Of a stretch of DNA of 64,000 nucleotides, positions 1-11,872 are shown one piece after another. The notes below the pieces were generated by a model, which saw only the letters and a list, made by a program, of their open reading frames with translations, was not told the DNA's origin and did no database searches. Origin of the DNA: Octopus sinensis (Eukaryota); NCBI RefSeq assembly GCF_006345805.1, contig NC_043000.1:153326001-153390000 (forward strand), read 5' to 3'. The number at the start of each line of letters is the position of its first letter. Within the stretch, counting starts at the first letter, position 1. A program made the translations under genes and the position numbers.

Positions 1-489
1 CATGCCTTTTAACGTATCAACACAATTGAATGCATGATAAAAGAAAAATTAAGGAGGTAAGCAGCTGGTAAAATATACATACTATACAACTACAAAATCT
101 GTAAACCACAAGACTTTTAAAAAGAAAAGAAAAAATCCAAAAGATAAAAAGAAATTTAGTTACTTGCGACCAGGGTAATCAATTCTTCAGTCTCACACAG
201 ATTGCATCTTGTATTGCGTTCGATATAGGCTTTCAGTGACATCTAAATATTGTGTACAGAAATTCTTGCTTGATATAAATAGTAGGTATTTTCTAAATCG
301 CCTTGTACCGCTTATATGCAGCAAGGACTGCATATCCTTTCATTTCTTCTGTAAGTATTTTATCTTCAATGGAAGATCTGAAAGGAATATAACCCTTTTA
401 TTTAATTTGAAGACAGAATAATATACTGATAAATTGTCCTCAAATGCACCTCCGCACCTTGTGTGCGCGCGTGTGTGTGTCTGTACATA

Positions 490-900
490 TTTACTCTTTT
501 ACTCTTTTACTTGTTTCAGTCATTTGACTGCGGCCATGCTGAGCACCGGTTTTAGTCGAGTAAATCGACCCCAGGACTTATTCTTTGTAAGCCCAGTACT
601 TATTCTATCGGTGTTTTTTGCCGAACCGCTAAGTGACGGGGACGTAAACACACCAGCATTGGTTGTCAAGCAATGCTAGAGGGACAAACACAGACACACA
701 AACATATACACACACATACATATATACATATATACGACAGGCTTCTTTCAGTTTCCGTCTACCAAATCCACTCACAAGGCATTGGTCGGCCCGAGGCTAT
801 AGCAGAAGACACTTGCCCAAGATGCCACGCAGTGGGACTGAACCTGGAACCATGTGGTTGGTTAGCAAGCTACTTACCACACAGCCAATCCTGCGCCTAT
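490..900 (-). mobile_element. SINE family A (two-module, tRNA-headed)
   Basis: Head ggcgcaggagtggctgtgtggtaag (A box) and ggttc.gtcc (B box), central TA/TG microsatellite, tail (gagtaaaa)n. Confidence 0.9.
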
Positions 901-1159
901 GTACATACATATACATAAATATACATATATGCATACATACAAACATATAGATTATAGATGATCACTATCGGTCGATAGATGTGAACCAATAAAGCTAAAA
1001 AGATTTCTAGAGAAAAAAAAGTATTTCTGAAAACATTCAAACTAAAAAAAACAAAATACAAAAAAGAAATGCCGCCATGATGAACTTACAGAAATACACA
1101 AATATATAAAAGTGTATAAAAAAATAATTAAAAGATTTACTATAAATAAAAGATTTATT

Positions 1160-1562
1160 GACGCAGGAGTGGCTGTGTGGTAAGTAGCTTGCTTACAACC
1201 ACATGGTTCCGGGTCCATTCCCATTGCGTGGCATCTTAGGCAAGTGTCTTCTACTCTAGCCTTGGGTTGAACAAACCCTTGTGAGTGGATATTGTAGGCG
1301 GAAACTGAAAGAAGCCCGTCGTATATATGTATATATATATATATGTATGTGTGTATATGTTTGTGTGTCTGTGTTTGTGCCCCACAACATCACTTGACAA
1401 CCGATGGTGGTGCGCTTACGTCCCCGTGACTTAGCGGTTCGGCAAAAAGACGCCGATCGAATAAGTACTAGGCTCCCAAAGAATAAGGTCCTGGGGTCGA
1501 TTCGCTCGACTAAAGGCGGTGCTCCAGCATAGCCTCAGTCAAATGACTGAAAAGAGTAAAAG
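1160..1562 (+). mobile_element. SINE family A
   Basis: Full two-module match, more diverged. Confidence 0.9.
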
Positions 1563-2180
1563 TGTATGATATAAATATGACTAGTATTTTTGCGGTGTGG
1601 GTAGTGAAAGACATTTTTAACAATGGGAAAGTGCATGTGGTGATACGGTAAAGGATTTATTCATAGGCATGTTTACATAATGAAATATATATATTATGTA
1701 CATGAATTTGAGTTTGGTTTGGTTTTGCATCAAGAAACATTTAAACAATGTACATATTTAAGGGGAAATGCTTTAAGGTTTTGGGCGTGTGACATGTGGG
1801 TTTTTGATGAATATCATCTCATGTAGTAAATTTAAAAGGCTATAAATACATTTGTTATTATTTTTAAGTTGTAGGGTGTAAAGGAAGCGGTTGTTTTTTG
1901 ACATGTGTTGTTTAAGGTGTTGTGGCATGTTGTTGGCGCAGGTATTCTGACAATTGGCAAATAGTTGGGGATGAAAATAGGGCTAAATGTATAAATAAAC
2001 AAGCAGAAAGCAAGAAGGAAATAGAGGGTGTAGATTGAGGGAAAACAGAAACTGTGAGGAAGTATAGCAGGACTAAGCAAAGAAGGAAGTTAAAATGATA
2101 GCTGAAGAAAAGAACTCATAGAATAGGAGTGTAGCCATAAATAAAATGTAGGAATAAATGTGTTATGCGGATAGTATATA

Positions 2181-2598
2181 TACTCTTTACTCTTTTACTC
2201 TTTTACTTGTTTCAGTCAATTGACTGCGGCCATGCTGGAGCACCGCCTTTAGTCGAGCAAATCGACCCCGGGACTTATTCTTTGTAAGCCCAGTACTTAT
2301 TCTATCGGTGTTTTTTGCCGAATCGCTAAGTAACGGGGACGTAAACACACCAGCATCGGTTGTCAAGCAATGCTAGGGGGACAAACACAGACACACAAAC
2401 ATATTCACACACTTATATATATATATACACATATATACGACAGGCTTCTTTCAGTTTCCGTCTACCAAATCCACTCACAAGGCATTGGTCGGCCCGGGGC
2501 TATAGCAGAAGACACGTGCCCAAGATGCCACGCAGTGGGACTGAACCCGGAACCATGTGGTTGGTTAGCAAGCTACTTACCACACAGCCACTCCTGCG

Positions 2599-2602
<4 letters not shown>
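2181..2602 (-). mobile_element. SINE family A
   Basis: Full match. Confidence 0.9.
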
Positions 2603-2638
<36 letters not shown>

Positions 2639-2671
2639 ATTACATACATACATACATACATAAACATAAAA

Positions 2672-2758
2672 GACCTTTTCTTTCTTTCCCTGAGCGTCTT
2701 ATTAACACTTTGCATGTACCACGTCCTCGCGTTGCTTCTCCGTTTTTTTTTAAATATT
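2672..2758 (+). mobile_element. Penelope-like pLTR tail fragment
   Basis: ccctgagcgtcttattaacactttgcatgtaccacgtcctcgcgttg is similar to 4748-4792. Confidence 0.5.
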
Positions 2759-2786
2759 ACACACACACACACACAACACACACACA

Positions 2787-2840
<54 letters not shown>

Positions 2841-2841
<1 letters not shown>

Positions 2842-3085
2842 AAGTATAGAAGCCATCTTATCATGGCTAACCACATTGGGGAGGGGGTGTTACTGTAGCT
2901 TTATAGCCCCAAGAGATCTTCGTCTCTGGCTGGCTTAGACACAATATCAGTGCCCTTGGAGTATTTGCAGGGCACTGATATTGTGTCTAAAGCCAGCTAG
3001 AGACGACGATCTCTTGGGGCTATAAAGCTACAGTAACACCCCCTCCCCAATGTGGCTAGCCATGATAAGATGGCTTCTATACTTT
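2841..3085. mobile_element. Palindromic (fold-back) MITE-like element in (TA)n
   Basis: Arms 2841-2956 and 2969-3085 with about 4 differences and a 12-bp spacer; TA runs on both sides. Confidence 0.75.
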
Positions 3086-3094
3086 ATATATATA

Positions 3095-3505
3095 CCGGGC
3101 ATTGTGAGTGTTTGTTGAGCAAAAACACCTAAAACCTCCACGAGGCTCCGTCCGGCAGGGGAGGTGGTGAACCCTGCTGTACTCTTTCACCACAACTTTC
3201 TTCCTGTTTCTGTTGTACCTGTATTTCAAAGGGCCAGCCTTGTCACACTCTGTGTCACGCTGAAGGATACACGTGACTGTGGGGTGCTCAGACACTTGCA
3301 CGTTAATAAATGAGTTGCGACGTCACTGGTGCCAAGCTGTATCCGCTTTTGCCTTTCTCTTGGTTGACATCAGTGGCGTGGAGAGGGGAAGCTGGTATGC
3401 ATGGGCGACTGCTGGTCTTCCATAAACAACCTTGCCCAGACTTGTGCCTGGGAGGGTAACTTTCTAGGTGCAATTCTATGGTCATTCATGACCGAAGGGG
3501 GTCAC
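3095..3505 (+). mobile_element. SINE family C, 5'-truncated, with a probable RTE-type tail
   Basis: 5' part matches 6861-6950 (minus strand); middle tatttcaaagg..ccttgtcac.ctctgtgtcacgctga is shared with the 32480 copy. Confidence 0.7.
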
Positions 3506-3614
3506 AATATGTATCTATACTTATTACGAGGTATTTTATTTATAAAATCATGGCAATTGGGAACTGCATTTATCAAATGAAAACCGTTCTCTCTCTCTCT
3601 TTTCTTTTCTCTCT

Positions 3615-3994
3615 TTTCCTTGTTTCAGTCATTTAAAATCGACCCCGGGACTTATTCTTTGTAAGCCCAGTACTTATTCTATCGGTCTCTTTTGCCGAAC
3701 CGCTAAGTGACGGGGACATCAACACACCAGCATCGGCTGTCAAGCAATGCTAGGGGGACAAACACAAACATACACACACATATACATATATATACATACA
3801 CATACACACATATATATATATACATATATACGACAGGCTTCTTTCAGTTTCCATCTACCAAATCCACTCACAAGGCATTGGTCGGCCCGGGGCTATAGCA
3901 GAAGACACTTGCCCAAGATGCCACGCAGTGGGACTGAACCCAGAACCATGTGGTTGGTTAGCAAGCTACTTACCACACAACCACTCCTGCGCCT
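3615..3994 (-). mobile_element. SINE family A, deletion in the 3' module
   Basis: Match lacking about 45 bp near the tail. Confidence 0.88.
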
Positions 3995-4439
3995 ATATGC
4001 ACCTACTTGCATTTATATACATTCTTCTACATGAATGTACACATATTCCTATTGAAATATACATACATGTAAAACTATATACATGTGTATAAATAACCAA
4101 TTACATACCTACCCTTCTAACAGACTTATAGTATATATGAGTGAGTGTATGTGTGGGGGGGTTCTCGCGCGCTCATGTACACTTACAAGCACGTAAACTT
4201 ACAAATATATCATTACACACTCTCACATGCACATACATGCATACATATACACATGCGCGCGCACGAACACACACACACACACATACATATATATGCATAT
4301 GAAAGGGGCTAAATCGGCTCATATTTTTTACGTATTTCAGTCATATTTGACATCGGCCAAGAAGAAAAGAAAATGGAGATTAGGAAGTTAACAATTGTTT
4401 ATTATTAACAAATTGGTCACTCCACTTCTTACGGCCGTT

Positions 4440-4626
4440 TCAGTTAATACTCAATAATTTTATCACAATTTTGTACATTAAATTTGCATTTATGTGCCAT
4501 ATCTTTGTATAACTAATTTTCAGGGCCTGGCCCAAAAAAATCTCTGAAAAGAAAAGAAAAATGTCAAAATATAAAAGATTTATCAAAAATTGCAATCCAA
4601 CAGTGACTTTTGGGCCACCCTGTATA
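4440..4626 (-). mobile_element. Single end of a Tc1/mariner-type element
   Basis: The minus strand begins TA-cagggtggcccaaaagt, typical of CAGGGTG-type TIRs; partner TIR not found. Confidence 0.35.
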
Positions 4627-4820
4627 TACATGTGACCTCGTGTGTACCGTTGGCGATTTTTTTCCTCTGTCTTCCCTTCTCAGGATCTTTCCTTCTTCTA
4701 TGTTTCCGACGAAGAGCTCCGCTCTAAACGTTAAACCCTCCTTCTTTCCTGAGCGTCCAATAATACTATATTTGTTCCACGTCCTCGCGTTGTGTTTTTT
4801 GTGCTTTCTTGTTTGGATTA
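4627..4820 (+). mobile_element. Penelope-like element terminal (pLTR) remnant with a degenerate minimal hammerhead ribozyme at 4702-4736
   Basis: gttt-cCgacga-a-gagc(tcc)gctc-Taa-acgt-t-aaac gives stem I, core, stem II and palindromic stem III. Downstream cctgagcgtc...cacgtcctcgcgttg recurs at 2690-2735. Confidence 0.65.
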
Positions 4821-4858
4821 TATATATATATATATATATATAATATATTATATATATA

Positions 4859-4910
<52 letters not shown>

Positions 4911-5372
4911 GCGTGTATGAATGTGCGTGTGTGTTTGTGTTTGTGTGTGTGTATATGTGAGCAGCATGCCTACTGACATATCTTGGTTCATTTTTGCTCC
5001 TGTAAGCACTCAGTACTCCCTCAGGGCTGTACCAAAATGAATTGATAGGTCCACATATAGCATCTCAAGGTACATCTCTTTTTCTCTGATGGAATTATAC
5101 TCATGTCATATACATGCAAATTTAATGTACAAATTTGTAATTAGATTATTGAGTACTAATTGAAATGGCTGTAAGAAGCGAAGATGACCAATTTTTTAAT
5201 AATAAATAATTAACTTCTTAATCTCCATTTCTTTTTCTTCTTTTAACTGGATATGATATATATATATATATATATATAATATATATATATATATATGTAT
5301 GTAGAGAGAGAGAGAGATATGATATATATATATATCTATCTATCTATATATATATATATAATATATATATAT

Positions 5373-5538
5373 CGGACAGGCTTCTTTCAGTTTCCGTCTA
5401 CCAGATCCACTCAGAATGGTTTGGTTTGCCCGAAACTATAATAGAAGACACTTGCCCAACGTGCCACTCTGTGGGACTGAACCTGGAAGTATGGGATTGG
5501 GAAGCAAGCTTCTTACCACACAACCATGCCTGCGCCTA
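5373..5538 (-). mobile_element. SINE family A, 5' module only
   Basis: Diverged head module ending in (TA)n. Confidence 0.8.
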
Positions 5539-5789
5539 TACACAAAATATTTTCAAAACTTATATAATTTCAAAAAATTACATAACAATTAACAAGCCTT
5601 TAGATTTTTATAACACTTAGACCTGAAAATATACTTCATTTCAAAACATGCATGTATATATGTATGTATGTCTGACTGACCCTATGTGTATAACACTCAC
5701 ATACAAACGCGCACACACGCACACACGTACACATGCGCGCGCAGACATATCTTTATCTTTTATTTTATGTTGGTTTCTGTCTTTAGAAA

Positions 5790-6760
5790 TGGGATGGGGT
5801 GATGACCAAAATGGCCAGTCTTACACAGAAACGGACTGCCAGGATGCTATCCATGTAAGACGAGCCGGAAGATTCGAACGGCTATATCGCATTACTCATA
5901 TATACCTGGCCGTTGTGCCTTGTCCAATTCACACCCCACTGACTGGAGCACCTGCTGTCCTGATTTCTGTGGGAAGGACGCGTTACATTTATTGTAAACA
6001 GCCGCTGAGTAGAGGACAGGGCATCTGTAGCTGATAACGGGCAGATATACACTGATGCTCCGACATCTGCGTTTCCTTGACAAATGCGGTCACCGTTTGT
6101 CAGACCTGCTTTTCTAAAGCTTCTCTCTTTGAGAGATCTGTAGCCCTGGATCAAATATAGAGAGTGGCTGGGCGTCTAGGACATAGAACGTTATCAAGCA
6201 CTCACAGTCCTCTACCGGTCGGTAGAAGTTCCACTCTGGCGTTCTAAAGAGTTTTACAGACGGACAAGAGTGATGATGCTCTCGGAGAAATTCTAAGTTA
6301 CGACAGGAATTGACTAACTGCTAATCTTTTCTGGAGGACTTTCAGAGGACTATCATAATTGATTTCAGAATTCTCTCGCCTGAAATTGTCATGGCGGTGG
6401 GGGGCACGGCAGTTTCGAGATAAACTCTTCCAGAATGGAAGTGCCGCCAGCCGAATTTCCCGAGATGTGAGCAGCACTATGAAACTTATCTGCACACATT
6501 CGTGCAGTGTTCTAGTATTGCTGACTTGTGTGGTTATGTCGAATACCTGCTGAGTCCATTGTGAAGTCCATCTGATCGCCTTCCTTTGGCCGGGAAGGAC
6601 AGGCATTGTTTACGCCTGTAGGTTTTAGTGGGAGAGGGTGCATGGTAGAGCTAAGTGACTGGGCTTAAGACAGGGGCCTTTCTCTTTGGTTAAGCCCTCA
6701 TCAACTTTCACTTAAAAAAGGGAAGCTAGGGTGGAGTGAGAGTTGCTGCCTTCCAGGAGA
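5790..6760 (+). pseudogene. Decayed Tx1/L1-clade LINE ORF2, C-terminal part (post-RT region and zf-RVT), cut by the gap
   Basis: Cross-frame peptides VVPCP, LEHLLS*FLWEGRV, CKQPLSRGQG, RDKLFQNGS, PRCEQHYETYLHTFVQC (CCHC type), GLKTGAFLFG*ALINFHLK. GC is higher than in the flanks. Confidence 0.7.
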
Positions 6761-6860
6761 NNNNNNNNNNNNNNNNNNNNNNNNNNNNNNNNNNNNNNNN
6801 NNNNNNNNNNNNNNNNNNNNNNNNNNNNNNNNNNNNNNNNNNNNNNNNNNNNNNNNNNNN
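6761..6860. other. Assembly gap (100 N)
   Basis: Run of 100 N. Confidence 0.99.
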
Positions 6861-7000
6861 AGCAGTGATCGCCACCCCCTGCCGGAGGCTCGTGGAGCTT
6901 TTAGGTGTTTTTCGCTCAATAAACACACACAACGCTCGGTCTGGGAATCGAAACCGCGATCCTACGACCGCGAGTCCGCTGCCCTAACCACTGGGCCATT
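6861..7000 (-). mobile_element. SINE family C head, cut by the gap
   Basis: tggcccagtggttagggc (A box) and ggtttcgattccc (B box). Confidence 0.75.
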
Positions 7001-7321
7001 ATATATACTAATCGCTACCAACAAGGTTGCAAAAGAAACGAAAATTTTGGAAGAAAAAATATAAATAATAAACGAGTAGAAATTGAACCGTTGGGTGTGT
7101 TAGACAATAAAGCATTAAGACAATATGACTCTCCCTAGACACAACATAATGTGCTTCAACACACGAGTTCACGTAAAGAATCTTGCAAACCAAATGCAAA
7201 AACGAAACAGTTCAATAGTAAGCTATTTATTTTTGTATTATGGTCTTTCCCTGGGCAACTGTTTTCTTATACATTCCATTTAATGATCAGTTTAGGCGTT
7301 CTTTCTCTATTCATTTTCCTA

Positions 7322-7520
7322 GTTATTTTGTGGCATCGTTTCGGAGCAGGGGTAGACGATAACATCAATCTCATTACTTCACTAGTACTTAGTTTATCGA
7401 CTCCTTTAGGATGGCAAGCAAAGTTAACTTCGGAGGAACTGAAAATCAGAACGTAAAGCGAGAAAAAATGCTGCTGAGTATTTTGTCCAGCGCGGTTACA
7501 ACTCTGCCAGCTCCCCGCCA
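7322..7520 (-). mobile_element. SINE family B, degenerate
   Basis: Diverged match to the ggcggcgagctggcaga head and the central domain. Confidence 0.6.
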
Positions 7521-7748
7521 AATGTAATCAATTAAACATAATTATTACATATTATTAACCTAATTATGACATACCTTCTACTTCTCACATGTCTACTTTG
7601 ATTTCTATCTTATGAATTTTCCAAACTTCAAAAATGCATTCCTAAAAAACATAGTTCTATCTAAATAACTTGTAAGGGGTCTTTCAGTTGTTTTATTTTC
7701 ATTATTCCAACACTTTTGAACTTAATTATTAATAATTAATTGTTCTAC

Positions 7749-7955
7749 GGTGACGAGCTGGTAAAACCCTTAACACTCCGAGGAAAATACTTAGAGGCAT
7801 TTCGTCTGTCTTTACATTCTGAGTTCAAATTTCACCAAATTTCACTTTGCCTTTCATCCTTTCGGGGTCGATAAGATAAGTACCAGCTGAGCTCTTGGGT
7901 TGTTGTAATCAACTTACTACCATACTCGGAATTGCTGGCCTTGCGCCAAAATTTG
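7749..7955 (+). mobile_element. SINE family B, degenerate
   Basis: tttgcctttcatcctttcggggtcgataagataagtaccag core. Confidence 0.75.
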
Positions 7956-8176
7956 AAACGAAAAATTAATCGTACATTATATAGAAAATCTTAATTTCAT
8001 ACAACCTTACAATAACTGATCGAATCTTAAGATTTCCTTGATTAATTTCAAGCTATTTGTTAAATCCCCATAATATTACTAAATGCCCACAATCCTCTGA
8101 AAGTTTCTCTTGTTTTAAAATTTAAAAGCTGTTTTCTTAATGCGTCTATAATTTTCGCCAAATCTTTTGCTGTCTG

Positions 8177-8450
8177 GCGTGGCACCTTGGGCAAGTGTTT
8201 TCTACCATAGCCTCGGGTCGCCCAAAGTCTTCTGAGTGGATTTAGTAGACGGAAACTGAAAGAGGCCCATCATATATATATGTTTGTGTGTCTGTGTATC
8301 CCCGCACCATCGCAAAAGAGACTGATAGAATAAGTAGTATGCTTACGAAGTATAAGTCCTGGGGTCGATTTTTTTCGACTAAAAGCGGTGCTCCAGCATT
8401 GCCGCAGTCAAATGACTGAAACAAATATAAGAATCGAAAAAAGAGTAAAA
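8177..8450 (+). mobile_element. SINE family A, degenerate
   Basis: 5'-truncated and internally deleted match. Confidence 0.8.
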
Positions 8451-8911
8451 GATATATATATATACATACACACACATATACAGATAGATGATAGATAGAT
8501 ATTTTTTTTCATTAGCTTATCTTGTAGATCAGTATACATTTCTTGAACATTTTTACGCATTTATATTTATTACGGAAATATTTTACATTTATACTTCTTT
8601 TGAAAGCTAGCGTGTTCGTCACAACCGCATTTCGTATATTCATGATTCTAACTAAAATAATTCATTTAATGATTTTTCTTATCTATTATCTAGTTACGTT
8701 TGTCTTAAGTGTCTTACTTATCTTAAGATAAACAAGATTCTAGAAACACTTGTCTGAAACTATATATACCATTTAACTATGAAGTATTATTTATGTGCCA
8801 TTTGCATTTACTACTTCCTTGAGTGGAACTATTTGAAATTTAATAGACAAGCTTTATAGACTGAAATTTAAATTTATTAGCTATTTTAATAAATGTAACG
8901 TTGGTGTTTAA

Positions 8912-9118
8912 ATTTTGGCACAAGGCCATCAATTCTAAGGTAGTGTGTAAGTCGACCACATCAATTCCAGTGCTCAACTGGTACTTATTTTATTGACTGC
9001 GACAGGATGAAAGGCAATATGGACCCCAGTAGCAATGGAATTTAGAGCGCAAAAACGGGCGAAATGCCGCTAAGCATTTTGCCCGCCGCGGTAACGCTTC
9101 TGCCAGTTTGCCGCCTTC
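8912..9118 (-). mobile_element. SINE family B, degenerate
   Basis: Head, core and ggccttgtgcc tail recognisable. Confidence 0.7.
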
Positions 9119-9130
9119 TTTTAATAGATA

Positions 9131-9528
9131 CTAGCAGTATCGCCCGGCGTTGCTCGGATTTATAAGGGAAATAACTATATAAGCATTTTTAGAGAGTTAT
9201 AGCCAAAAAATAGCAAAAAAATGCATTAAAAATGGAAAAAAAAATGATGGTAAATTTTTTTTTAAATCGTTGACTCATCGTAGACATTTTTAGAGAGTTA
9301 CTTCCCTTATATAATAGCGAAAAATGCATCAAAATGGAAAAAAATGATGGTAAATTATTTTTAAAATCGTAGACTCATCGTAGACGCGCGCTAATACCCA
9401 GAAGGGCTCTATATTAATCACGACTATAAGATACCCGCTTTTGGTTACACTGCACCGCAAAATGTGGGAGTAGTTAGGAATCTAAATCGTAGGAGGCAGG
9501 CACACAACTTCACTTTTATATATAAAGA
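9131..9528 (-). mobile_element. Non-autonomous Helitron (398 bp) with an internal tandem repeat of about 100 bp
   Basis: The minus strand starts A|TC and ends ccgagcaacgccgggcgatactg-CTAG|T: GC-rich subterminal motif, CTAG end, AT target, no TSD. Confidence 0.75.
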
Positions 9529-9949
9529 TATCAAAAATTATTTGTCGGTTTCAAATTACTCTATTTCATTTATAATATAGCAAAAACTAAATGTAGGTTT
9601 CAAATTCCACTTTATCCTCCAATATTTAAACTTTTATTTCGCTTGTTTAGCGATTTTTTTTACATAATATTTACATTAATATATTTTAAGTTTACTGTTT
9701 AAAATATCATCCATAACTCCTCACTTAAAATTATATTGCTGATTACTTAAAGTAATCCTACCAATTTTTTCTCTCATTGAGTTTCTTCTCATTCCGGGTT
9801 TTATATAAATAACTTGAAATTCGTCTAATTAGTCGGATTCTAATTACCCTCAGTCTAGTTTGTACACTACATCTAAAATAAAATGATTCATTATTTTATG
9901 ACAGCAATACATCTTAGTTACTTTACGATTTATATGTACACACATATAT

Positions 9950-9950
9950 G

Positions 9951-10034
<84 letters not shown>

Positions 10035-10064
10035 CATACATTCATGCACACACACCACACACAT

Positions 10065-10101
<37 letters not shown>

Positions 10102-10236
10102 TTTATGTATGTATGTATGTATGTATGTATTTATGTATGTATGTATGTATGTATGTATGCATGTATGTATGTATGTATGTATGTATGTATTTATGTATGT
10201 ATGTATGTATGTATGTATGTATGTATGCATGTATGT
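9950..10236. repeat. (TA)n plus (ATGT)n microsatellite
   Basis: Direct reading. Confidence 0.95.
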
Positions 10237-10571
10237 ATAGCCTTAATCCATAGTTTCCGTTATGAACTAACATAATTATTTTAAAGCTTGAAAACTTTGG
10301 ACCTCTCTTTTCTTGTTGTTATTTTTTAATGTTAGAATATGTTACATAACGATTGCATATAAAATCTTCTCACGCGCATTCACACATTCACCGAACCAAC
10401 ACTTCACTCCATATAAATCCTCACGTTACTATTTTTTTTTTCGGATTTCCGTCTTCTTTCCTTATTTTGAATAAATTGAGTATCACTCGTCTGCAATCAT
10501 TTTCTATTTGTATGTGAATGATCATTTTGCTCTGCCCTTCGCAATAAACTTGTTTCATTTTCTTATATCTT

Positions 10572-10971
10572 AGGAGTGGCTGTGTGGTAAGTAGCTTGCT
10601 AACCAACCACATGTTTCCGGGTTCAGTCCCACTGCGTGGCATCTTGGGCAAGTGTCTTCTGCTATAGCCCTGGGCCGACCAATGCCTTGTGAGTGGATTT
10701 GGTAGACGGAAACTGAAAGAAGCCTGTCGTATATATGTGTATATATGTATGTATGTGTGTGTTTGCGTGTCTGTATTTGTCCCCCTAGCATTGCTTGACA
10801 ACCGATGCTGGTGTGCTTATGTCCCTGTCACTTAGCGGTTCGGCAAAAGCGACCGATAGAATAAGTACTAGGCTTACAAACAATAAGTCCCGGGGTCGAT
10901 TTGCTCGACTAAAGGCGGTGCTCCAGCATGGCCGCAGTCAAATGACTGAAACGAGTAAAAGAGTAAAAGAG
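10572..10971 (+). mobile_element. SINE family A
   Basis: Full match. Confidence 0.9.
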
Positions 10972-11872
10972 TCTATATACAATTAATTTCCATTCTTGAA
11001 ATATATTTTGATACACCATTAGCGGAACTTTGAAATTGTCATTTTGAATTAGTTTGCTGCACCTTTTCTTATATGATTAGAAAAAACATCTTGGATCACA
11101 TTGGATCTTTAGCATTGATTGTTCATAATCCCAATTCCCAGTGGCACTACTTATGCCTCATTGCGTTCGCTTCCATGCTTACCTCACTTCTTAATTTATT
11201 CTTTCTTTTCTAACCATTTTCCACTCTAATTATTCCGACGGAGGACAATATCTCAAAAATCATGATAGTTCTTTCCATTTTTCTTACGTCAAAACTAATA
11301 ATTTTAATCGTGAACTTATTCCGTTTTTTTTTTACGACCAATGCCTCTGTCTCTTGGGGCTTTAAAATATTCTAAATTTATACTGTCTGTAAAAACTTTT
11401 AAATAAAAAGGATTCTACTTTGAACGTTCCTAAAGTACCGCGAATGTAAAAGTCTTGCCTTTAAACCGTCTTTGAATCTATGATCTACCGTGTACTCTGG
11501 TATGTGCTAATTTCAGTATATTGGAAAAAAAAAAACATTTTGACTGAGTTAAGAGGAGACAGATCATGACCAGGTTGATAATTTCCGGTTTAAATTTGTA
11601 ACAGAAAATATATGAAAAAAAAAAATGTCTTCGTGGAAATTCTTTCTTGATATCCCAAGATAACCTGAGACACTTTGCAGAGATGAAATTGTTGAATATT
11701 CTCATATGCAATAGAACATGCGACCAATTCTGACAATTAAACAATTCAATATAAAGTTTTCTGCATTGTATGTAAAGGTTTGCAATGGCTATACCTACTA
11801 TCCTTGTTTATAAACCAAATTTAAAGACCAAAGAACATGTATTCACTCCTCAATTCTCCTTCTGTTAATAAC

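Noticed and set aside
663-950. Recurrent ORFs MSSNARGTNTDTQT...[43 protein letters not shown] (also at 2360, 10421, 21517, 43034 and elsewhere)
   Set aside because: They are antisense translations of SINE family A; length and frame vary with the central microsatellite, so this is not a gene family.
1570-2170. Possible ancient Penelope or LINE coding remnant on the minus strand (similar impression for 13440-14740)
   Set aside because: Strand-biased composition and one KPT-like motif only; no ordered motif series.
6042-6059. IYTDA motif suggesting RNase H of a DIRS or LTR element
   Set aside because: The frame closes within a few codons, and the surrounding motifs fit Tx1/L1 ORF2 in another frame.
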